Origin: an uncultured bacterium
Lineage (GTDB): Bacteria > JAJVIF01 > JAPKYR01
Direction: 5' to 3'
DNA: 13,717 nucleotides
NCBI GenBank assembly: GCA_965369865.1
Contig: CBDURU010000093.1
Location: 1 to 13,717 of the forward strand
The notes below the pieces were generated by a model, which saw only the letters and a list, made by a program, of their open reading frames with translations, was not told the DNA's origin and ran no database searches. The position numbers were made by a program, and so were the translations under genes. Below are positions 6,828-13,717 of the stretch, piece by piece (position 1 is the stretch's first letter; each line of letters starts with the position of its first letter).

Positions 6828-9028
6828 AATCAGATCGTGAATATAACGAGTACGAGGAATTCTATCGCCATCTTCCTCTTGCCGATAAACTCACATTCAA
6901 GCGTGAGCTGGTTGCCGTACCGCTGGTAATCCTGGCGCTCATAATTCTTTGCAGTGTACTTTTCCATCTTGGCATCATCCGGTTCGGGTACTACCAGGCG
7001 ATGGCCGCGGATAACCGTATCGCCCGCATCGTTCTTCCCGCTCCACGAGGGGAAATCCTCGACCGTAACGGCAATCCGCTCGCGGTCAATCACGCGGTTT
7101 ACGATTGCTACTTTATCGCATCGGACGATGTGGAGCAGGATGTCGCGGATCTTACAGAGATCGGGAATTTTCTCGGCCTGGCAGCATCGCAGCTCGATCA
7201 TGTAATTCATGGCCGGAGGGAAGCATTAAGCGTTCGGAGCATGGCGTCGGAACTCTGGGCCGCTGAACTTGGAGCACTCGGAGCGAAAAGCATCTTAGTA
7301 AAAAGCGATCTTAACCAGGTCGAGGTAACCCGGATACTGGAGCGCACCGAACAATTCCCCCGCACATTTCTGGAGATGTCCTATCGTAGAAGCTATCCAG
7401 CCGGGGAATACACGGCGCAGGTGGTCGGGTACATGGGTGAGATTTCCGAAAATGAACTCGCCACGTGGGGACCGCTCGGGTACCGGATGGGTGATATGCT
7501 GGGCAAGGCCGGATTGGAAAAGCAGTACGATAATATCCTTCGCGGGCAATCCGGTGAAAAGCTGGTTCAGGTTAATGCGAGAGGCCGAATTCTCGGCGAG
7601 GCGAAATTTGTTCCGGCCGTGGTTCCGGAAAACGGGGCGGTCGTGGTGCACGATGGTGAAGTCCAGATTTTTCATGAGGGGGATGTACTCGATTTTCACG
7701 GCGGTCCGTTGATTGTGCAGGTAAGCTGGCTGAACGGGAGGATCAAAGGAGAAGAGATTGGATTTGCCGTGATCGAGGGCCAGGAACGTGCGGTCCGGAG
7801 GATTATTTTCGTGGATCCCCCACTCCCTGAAGGCAGTAACACGCTGTCCGACAGTAATTTCTCCCCATCGATACCCGACGACTGGAATGTATTCATGACG
7901 CCTGGGGAAATTCCAAATGTCGAGGGGCGAGTAGTTATGAGGCCACCGGTTTTACTCCCCACAGGCGGCGCGCCATTACGAACGACACTCGATCTCGAAA
8001 TGCAGCGAGCGATTGAGGAAATAATGGGCGACACGGTCGGTGGCGTGATCGCGATGGATCCGCGTACCGGCGCGATCCTCGCAATGGTGAGTGAACCGGC
8101 CTACGATCCAAACGTGTTCGCGCCGGGTGGTGTCGATCCGGAAGGCTGGCAGGCAATCCTTGAGGACGAGCATTACCCCCTGTTAAACCGTCCGGTACAA
8201 AACGCGTATATTCCGGGAAGCGTATTCAAGATCGTGACACTTGCGGCTGCCGGTGAAATCGGGCTTATTAATTCGACATGGGACTGCCGGGGATCGATTG
8301 AGGTAGGTAATCGGAGGTTTCACTGCTGGAACAGGGCCGGTCATGGAGTAGTGAATTTTACACAAGCGATGGCTCAAAGCTGCGATGTCGCGTTTTACGA
8401 AATGGGGCAGGATCTGGGCCATGATAAAATTGCCGAGATCGCGCAATTATTCGGGCTTGGATCGCGTCTCGGTATCGATCTTCCCGATGAGCGCAGCGGC
8501 CTTATACCCGACGAAGAATGGAAAATGAACCGGTTCGGCGAGGATGAAAGGTGGTATCTCGGCGACACGATGAATATGGTAATCGGGCAGGGATTTGTGC
8601 AAATGAGCGTGTTACAGGTCGCGAGGACGACCGCTGTTATCGCGAACCAGGGCAATCTCGTTCCGCCCCATCTGAATCGCCTTCTGACCCCGGCACAAAG
8701 TATGATCGATAGAATCCAGGTTAGTGAAACGTCGATCAATGCTGTCAGGAGGGGTATGAGGCAATGTGTCGCAAATGGAACGGCAACCGGAAGCTCGTTA
8801 AGCTGGATCGAGCTTGCGGGAAAGACCGGCACCGCTGACGATCCTCCGCGCGAGGAGCCGCATTCGTGGTTTACAAGTTTTGGCCCATACGACGATCCTC
8901 TTCTTGTGATCACAGTACTGTGTGAAAACGGCGGACACGGTGATGAGACTGCGGTGCCACTTACGAAGAGGATCTGGGAGTCGGAAGCCGTGAGGAATTA
9001 CCTTGCCGAAGAGGGATTCGATAATTAA
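6824..9028 (+). CDS. mrdA: Penicillin-binding protein 2 (class B transpeptidase)
   Basis: N-terminal TM anchor; dimerisation-domain motifs APRGEILDRNG, RSYP and GKAGLEKQYD; transpeptidase motifs SVFK (8219-8230), SCD (8378-8386) and KTG (8822-8830); adjacent to mreD. Confidence 0.93.
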   Translation: MKSDREYNEYEEFYRHLPLADKLTFKRELVAVPLVILALIILCSVLFHLGIIRFGYYQAMAADNRIARIVLPAPRGEILDRNGNPLAVNHAVYDCYFIASDDVEQDVADLTEIGNFLGLAASQLDHVIHGRREALSVRSMASELWAAELGALGAKSILVKSDLNQVEVTRILERTEQFPRTFLEMSYRRSYPAGEYTAQVVGYMGEISENELATWGPLGYRMGDMLGKAGLEKQYDNILRGQSGEKLVQVNARGRILGEAKFVPAVVPENGAVVVHDGEVQIFHEGDVLDFHGGPLIVQVSWLNGRIKGEEIGFAVIEGQERAVRRIIFVDPPLPEGSNTLSDSNFSPSIPDDWNVFMTPGEIPNVEGRVVMRPPVLLPTGGAPLRTTLDLEMQRAIEEIMGDTVGGVIAMDPRTGAILAMVSEPAYDPNVFAPGGVDPEGWQAILEDEHYPLLNRPVQNAYIPGSVFKIVTLAAAGEIGLINSTWDCRGSIEVGNRRFHCWNRAGHGVVNFTQAMAQSCDVAFYEMGQDLGHDKIAEIAQLFGLGSRLGIDLPDERSGLIPDEEWKMNRFGEDERWYLGDTMNMVIGQGFVQMSVLQVARTTAVIANQGNLVPPHLNRLLTPAQSMIDRIQVSETSINAVRRGMRQCVANGTATGSSLSWIELAGKTGTADDPPREEPHSWFTSFGPYDDPLLVITVLCENGGHGDETAVPLTKRIWESEAVRNYLAEEGFDN

Positions 9029-9049
9029 TTTTCGAAAGTAAAATGAGAG

Positions 9050-9077
9050 TATCTAACAAAATAAGTTTATGTTAAAT
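9050..9077. other. dif-like (XerCD) site
   Basis: Exact canonical XerD arm TTATGTTAAAT at 9067-9077, facing an imperfect inverted arm ATCTAACAAAA at 9051-9061, in intergenic DNA. Confidence 0.4.
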
Positions 9078-9238
9078 TACCGACATCACCCACAAGCTTA
9101 GCGTGGAGTCAACTTATTTAAAATCTGCTGGGAATTTTTTAAATTGAACGTTAACTCTACCTCGTACGACGCATGTGGGCGGCACCCGGATAATTAATTT
9201 TCGGGTTAAGTCGTCCTGCTTTTAAAGGATATGAATCC

Positions 9239-9853
9239 ATGAAATACAGCATTATCGATTCGCAGAAAAGACTTGAAAGGCTCGTGCTGCATCTCGAATC
9301 CACGACGACGATGGAGCATGGCAAATCGCCGGATCAATTCATTACCGATGCCGACTACGAAACCCTGACCGTTGCCGCCCTGACAAAGGCGCCGGAATTT
9401 GTGCCCTGGCTGATCAGGCTTTTAAAGGTAACGGCGATGTCGAAACTTGGGGGCAAGGTGATCGAGACGATTGTCGCGATCGGGGAGCCGACTGTCGAGG
9501 AACTGATGCCGCTTTTGGACACCGAGCATGGGCCAAGGGCGGCGAAAGCACTCGCGGAGATCGGCGATGAGCGCGCGCTGAATCCGATCCTTGAACGCGC
9601 GGGTTATTTCCCGGACTACATGCCACCCGCGTTGAAAATTTGTACTAAGGTTAAGGGGGACAGGTCGATACGGTTTCTTGTGGACACCCTGATCGCGAAC
9701 AAACCGTACGGATTTCCTCAGAATATGATGAAGAAGGATGAGAACATAGCGAGGGTCGGGATTACGAATCTGGTGACGAAAGCGCTTGTGGAGATAACGG
9801 GAGAGAATTTTAAAAATGCGGATGAGTGGGAGAGGTGGGTTGATTCCAAATAA
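9239..9853 (+). CDS. HEAT/PBS-lyase repeat protein
   Basis: Repeats TIVAIGEPTVEELMPLL and AAKALAEIGDERALNPIL; C-terminal ALVEITGENF...WERW. AAAGGA lies upstream. Confidence 0.75.
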   Translation: MKYSIIDSQKRLERLVLHLESTTTMEHGKSPDQFITDADYETLTVAALTKAPEFVPWLIRLLKVTAMSKLGGKVIETIVAIGEPTVEELMPLLDTEHGPRAAKALAEIGDERALNPILERAGYFPDYMPPALKICTKVKGDRSIRFLVDTLIANKPYGFPQNMMKKDENIARVGITNLVTKALVEITGENFKNADEWERWVDSK

Positions 9854-9880
9854 ATGCCTCCCCCTCAGGAATTATTGTAA

Positions 9881-9930
9881 CATGTGCCGGAGTCACATGT
9901 AGCGATTTTTCCATGCGCCAGAGTCGCATG
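9881..9930. repeat. Two tandem 19-bp palindromes
   Basis: CATGTGCCGGAGTCACATG (9881-9899) and CATGCGCCAGAGTCGCATG (9912-9930). Confidence 0.75.
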
Positions 9931-9961
9931 CCACGGTGGTCAGCAACTCTCCGCAGAAAAA

Positions 9962-10006
9962 CCGGGGACGCCTTTCCACTCGGTCACGAGTTGAAGGTGT
10001 CCCCGG
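9962..10006. repeat. 45-bp REP-like palindrome, copy 1 (possible bidirectional terminator)
   Basis: CCGGGGACGCCTTTCCACTCG-gtca-CGAGTTGAAGGTGTCCCCGG lies between convergent genes; a near-identical copy is at 13412-13456. Confidence 0.85.
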
Positions 10007-10024
10007 TATTTAAATATTCAGAAT

Positions 10025-13000
10025 TTACTTGTAACTTGCATCCGGATGAATGATCGCTATTCCGCTCGTGGAGAATTCGGGGATGATCTGATGTCGTTCA
10101 GTTAATGAGAGGCCTATTGAGGTCCAGTTAAGGATTTCCTGGAGTTTTTGCTGGTCGGAGAACTCGGGCCATAATGCATAGCCGGGGGACACTCCAAGTA
10201 CCGGGGTTTTCGGGTGGAGGTTAAGTTCGACGGCAATTTTTAAACGGATCAACCGGGCGGTGACTTCCGCGAGGAGGGCACAAAGTTCCGACCATTGATT
10301 TGATAGAACAAGCTGGCCTTCCGATTCGAGTATCTGGTAAATATCGACCGCGACTGATCCAATCGTCGCGACATAGGGCATCAGGTAATCCTCGTCATCG
10401 AGCCATTTCGGGACGGATTTTTTCCTGTCGGGAAATGTGAAAGTGAATTCACGATTTTCATGGGCCAGGGTGATAATCTGGCCGTCCTTTTTAACATTGA
10501 AAAAACCGTAGATTCCTTTCGGGTCGATGACAATTTCAGATTGTGTCGCATCTTTAACCGCCTTGATTGTCAGTGCCGGATCGAGTTGCAGTTTTTGTAT
10601 TTCGTCTTGAGTAACATCGGACAGGAGATCATCGACTGTAAATTCAATTGTCCTGTTGCCAGTGAACGGCGGTACTTGAGGTTTTTGTATGATGATTGTC
10701 TCCCATATTCTCATTCGTGAAGTTGTGACAATACTGGCTGGTTTTGAGATTGTTACAGAGGGTTTTGATTCTGTCGATGGAATTTCCGCTGCTTCCAGAT
10801 CATCACCCGCAATCGATCTGCAGATATCGAGAGCTTCGAAAGCGTCTTTGGCGTAATAAACCCCCGCTCTGTAAACTTCACCGTCAACTTTTGAAATTTT
10901 CTTCGCGAGTCCTGGGCTTACAGCGGCGCCTCCTACAATTACCGGGACATCAAGACCATGTTCATTAAGGGCTTGAACGTACGAACCCATTTCCGCTGCG
11001 GTCGCGACAAGCAGCGCTGAAAGCCCTATCGCCATTGGCTTTTCACGCTCGACAGTTTCGACTATCTCCCGTACCGGAACCTGCTTCCCGAGATCGATAA
11101 CATTGAAGCCGTTGTTCGAAACTATAGCCTTGACGAGATTTTTCCCGATGTCGTGGACGTCGCCAAAAACTGTCGCGAGAATTACTGTGCGGTCATCTTT
11201 TCCCTTACTCGATCCAAGCATCGGCTCGAGATAATCGAGAGCTTTTTTCATAACCTCAGCGGAACGGAGAACGTGCGGGAGAATCGTTTCGCGACGCTCC
11301 ATCCTGTCGCCGACTTCTTTCATGGCAGGGAGCAGAATTTTATTAACAATTACAGTGGCAGTGGAATTTTCAAGGCACCTGTCAATTAATGATTCAATTC
11401 CGGTTTCCTTCCTGTCAAGAATCGCTTTTGCGAGTAATTCCGGAGGTGGCAGATCAATTTTCGGTTCGGTTTCAGAATCCGGTTTTAATTTATCCGTCGC
11501 GTCGGACAATTCAATCAATCGCTCAAGCGCGTCATCGCGACGGTTGAAAATGAGGTCCTCGGCAAAGTCAATCTGGTTCTGATCGAAATCATAATATCCC
11601 TTGACATCGAGCGGGTTGACAATCGCGGCGGTTAAACCGTTCTGTACAGCATGATGCATGAATACCGCGTTCAGGAGTTTTCGTGTGGCGGATTTTAATC
11701 CGTAGGAAACATTACTGATTCCGAGAACCACACCACATTCTGGGAATTTATCGCGAATCGCTTTAATTCCTTCAAGAGTCAAACGGGCAGTATCGCGGAA
11801 TTCATCTTCACCCGTTGCGAGAGTGAATGTCAGCGGGTCGAACAGGATGGATTCCGGATCAAGACCGAATTCATCGACAATGAGTTTATATAAATTTTGG
11901 GCAACCTCGACTTTACGATCGACAGTTTTTGCCATACCATTTTCGTCGATTGTCATAGCGACAACCGCGCCGCCGTAACGTTTCAGGTATCCGAGGACTT
12001 TCCGTGCTTTATTTGGGTTACCCAGATTTATGGAATTAACAATTCCAATTCCGGGATTTGCTTTAAGGGCAGCTTCGACCGCATCGGGATTTATGGAGTC
12101 GATCATCAGTGGAAGCGGGATTTCAGAAGCGATCCTGTGGACAAGATTTTTGTAATCACCCGGCTCGTCGTCCCGGCCGTCGACCGCAAACGCGAGATCG
12201 AGGACCATCGCGCCGATTTCATTCTGCTTAGACGCGATATCGACAATCTCCGGCCATTTTTCGTCGAGGAGAAGCTTCCGGAATTTCCTGCTGCCATGCG
12301 AATTCAATCTTTCTCCGATAATTAACGGGCTTCCTTCGGGCATGATGTCCTGAGACGAGACCGCCGATGTGAGCGCAAATTTTTTAGCGGGTATTGACCG
12401 GGGTTTGTAATTCCCAAGAACCTTGTTTAATGCTCCGATATGATCAGGTGAAGTGCCGCAGCATCCACCGATTATTTCAACACCCATTTTCAGAAACGGG
12501 ATAAGGGCTTCGGCAAATTCATCCGGTGAGAGTGAATATGCCAGCCTGCCGTCGATACTTTCGGGCATACCCTGGTTCGGGAAAACGATTACCGGAAGCG
12601 GCGAATGCTCGGTGAGATAACGTACTGAATCAGACATTTCAGAAGGACCAGTGGCGCAATTAATCCCGAACACTTCGACACCCATCGCCGTTGCGATATT
12701 TAATGCCGCGTCAATCGATGTGCCCATGAGCATCCGGCCGTTCATATGAAGCGAAACCGAACCCCATATCGGGACAGACTTGCCGGTTTTTTCAATCGCG
12801 TCACGGCATCCGATGATCGCCGCCTTGAATTCGAGGATATCCTGGACTGTTTCGACGAGAAGGACATCCGCACCGCCAAGGATGAGTCCTTCTGCCTGGA
12901 TCGAAAAAGCTTCCGTTATTTCTGCTGGTGATGGTCCGCTGTAATCAGGCGAGGATGGAAGTAATCCGGACGGTCCCATCGAGCCGATAACATGACCGTC

Positions 13001-13318
13001 GAATTCCTTCGCGACATCACGTGCGATTTCCGCTGCAAGATGGTTAAGTTCCAGTGTGTTTTCGCGTTGTCCCCACTCATCGAGTTTGATGGGGTTTCCG
13101 CCGAAAGTGTTTGTTTCAACTATCCTCGAACCGGCATTGAAAAATTTACGGTGGATGTCCGCGATCACATCCGGGCGGGTACGATTCAGGATCTCGTTGC
13201 AGCCGGGCACGCCACCGAAATCGTCGGGTGTCAATCCGAGAGATGAGATCGTGGCACCCATCGCGCCGTCGATGAGGATCGGGAAGGATTCGAAATTTTC
13301 TTGCAGGCTGTCGGTCAT
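10025..13318 (-). CDS. metH: Cobalamin-dependent methionine synthase
   Basis: Homocysteine-binding domain (DGAMG, ETNTFG, GINC and GGCCGT Zn ligands), pterin-binding domain (IIGERLN), B12-binding DVHDIGKN...LSAL...GGA, and a compact C-terminal reactivation domain (SPGY...PEFSTSG). Confidence 0.96.
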   Translation of the reverse strand: MTDSLQENFESFPILIDGAMGATISSLGLTPDDFGGVPGCNEILNRTRPDVIADIHRKFFNAGSRIVETNTFGGNPIKLDEWGQRENTLELNHLAAEIARDVAKEFDGHVIGSMGPSGLLPSSPDYSGPSPAEITEAFSIQAEGLILGGADVLLVETVQDILEFKAAIIGCRDAIEKTGKSVPIWGSVSLHMNGRMLMGTSIDAALNIATAMGVEVFGINCATGPSEMSDSVRYLTEHSPLPVIVFPNQGMPESIDGRLAYSLSPDEFAEALIPFLKMGVEIIGGCCGTSPDHIGALNKVLGNYKPRSIPAKKFALTSAVSSQDIMPEGSPLIIGERLNSHGSRKFRKLLLDEKWPEIVDIASKQNEIGAMVLDLAFAVDGRDDEPGDYKNLVHRIASEIPLPLMIDSINPDAVEAALKANPGIGIVNSINLGNPNKARKVLGYLKRYGGAVVAMTIDENGMAKTVDRKVEVAQNLYKLIVDEFGLDPESILFDPLTFTLATGEDEFRDTARLTLEGIKAIRDKFPECGVVLGISNVSYGLKSATRKLLNAVFMHHAVQNGLTAAIVNPLDVKGYYDFDQNQIDFAEDLIFNRRDDALERLIELSDATDKLKPDSETEPKIDLPPPELLAKAILDRKETGIESLIDRCLENSTATVIVNKILLPAMKEVGDRMERRETILPHVLRSAEVMKKALDYLEPMLGSSKGKDDRTVILATVFGDVHDIGKNLVKAIVSNNGFNVIDLGKQVPVREIVETVEREKPMAIGLSALLVATAAEMGSYVQALNEHGLDVPVIVGGAAVSPGLAKKISKVDGEVYRAGVYYAKDAFEALDICRSIAGDDLEAAEIPSTESKPSVTISKPASIVTTSRMRIWETIIIQKPQVPPFTGNRTIEFTVDDLLSDVTQDEIQKLQLDPALTIKAVKDATQSEIVIDPKGIYGFFNVKKDGQIITLAHENREFTFTFPDRKKSVPKWLDDEDYLMPYVATIGSVAVDIYQILESEGQLVLSNQWSELCALLAEVTARLIRLKIAVELNLHPKTPVLGVSPGYALWPEFSDQQKLQEILNWTSIGLSLTERHQIIPEFSTSGIAIIHPDASYK

Positions 13319-13411
13319 GATACTCGTTGTATATTATGAACCAGAAATCAGGAAAAGAACATATGCCCTCCCCATTGGACCTAATCCCCCCTGTAATCCC
13401 CTTGTACTAAT

Positions 13412-13456
13412 CCGGGGACGCCTTTCCACTCGTCCCCGAGTTGAAGGTGTCCCCGG
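13412..13456. repeat. 45-bp REP-like palindrome, copy 2
   Basis: 42/45 identical to 9962-10006, in the same orientation; all three differences are in the 4-nt loop (gtca vs tccc). Confidence 0.85.
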
Positions 13457-13462
13457 ATCATG

Positions 13463-13717
13463 GGGGGGATGGTTTATCCCACCGTCCCCCTTGTGGGGAA
13501 GGTTTATCCCACCGTCCCCCTTGGGGGGGGACTGCAGGGGGGGTGTTTTTTTGATCTATTGAGCCCTGGTAGATAAATTGAACTCTAAAGACCCCCCCTA
13601 TAATCCCCCCCTCCGGGGGGATGGTTTATCCCACCGTCCCCCTTGTGGGGAAGGTTTATCCCCCCGTCCCCCTTGGGGGGGGACTGCAGGGGGGGTGTTT
13701 TTTTGATCTATTGAGCC
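13463..13717. repeat. Direct repeat of at least 103 bp with 152-bp period, containing internal 30-bp units and C-run/G-run hairpins
   Basis: 13463-13565 matches 13615-13717 with one mismatch (13511/13663). Each copy has two adjacent GGTTTATCCCMCCGTCCCCCTTG units. The repeat runs off the window edge. Confidence 0.9.

Noticed and set aside
7597..7957. Intein in PBP2
   Set aside because: No Cys/Ser N-terminal block or His-Asn C-terminal splice motif; the insert is in an exported domain.
9051..9077. attC site (ATCTAAC...GTTAAAT fits RYYYAAC/GTTRRRY)
   Set aside because: Only 27 bp, far shorter than attC sites and without L boxes; a dif-like reading fits better.
13319..13410. SAM or cobalamin riboswitch upstream of metH
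   Set aside because: No conserved S-box or B12-element motifs seen; the leader is short and runs into repeats.
6311..13562. Numerous short alternative-frame and antisense ORFs inside mreD, mrdA, the HEAT gene and metH (including 13056-13562 +)
   Set aside because: Shadow ORFs of well-supported genes or translations of repeat DNA, with no independent coding evidence.
13471..13682. CRISPR array (GGTTTATCCC...GGGGAA resembles a type I-E repeat)
   Set aside because: Units are directly adjacent with no unique spacers, the downstream sequence is itself duplicated, and no cas genes are in the window.

Overview
Bacterial chromosomal window with a GC-richer backbone interrupted by a visibly AT-rich ~4.2 kb island. 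From left to right: a 5'-truncated metzincin-like Zn protease; a signal-peptide HEAT-repeat protein; a ~570 bp intergenic region with two near-consensus divergent sigma70 promoters, one of which fronts a ~265-nt, extensively base-paired candidate non-coding RNA on the minus strand; a three-gene AT-rich operon (Dam-family N6-adenine methyltransferase, HerA-type ATPase, NurA-type nuclease with a Zn ribbon) ending in a degenerate attC-like hairpin; mreD and mrdA (PBP2, with a ~110-aa insertion); a dif-like site; a second HEAT-repeat protein; and metH on the minus strand, flanked on both sides by the same 45-bp palindrome, followed by a nested REP-like repeat cluster. The best candidates for undescribed biology are the MTase-HerA-NurA module (a possible restriction-like defence system) and the structured RNA transcribed divergently from it. 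All calls were made by eye from motifs; no database searches were run.
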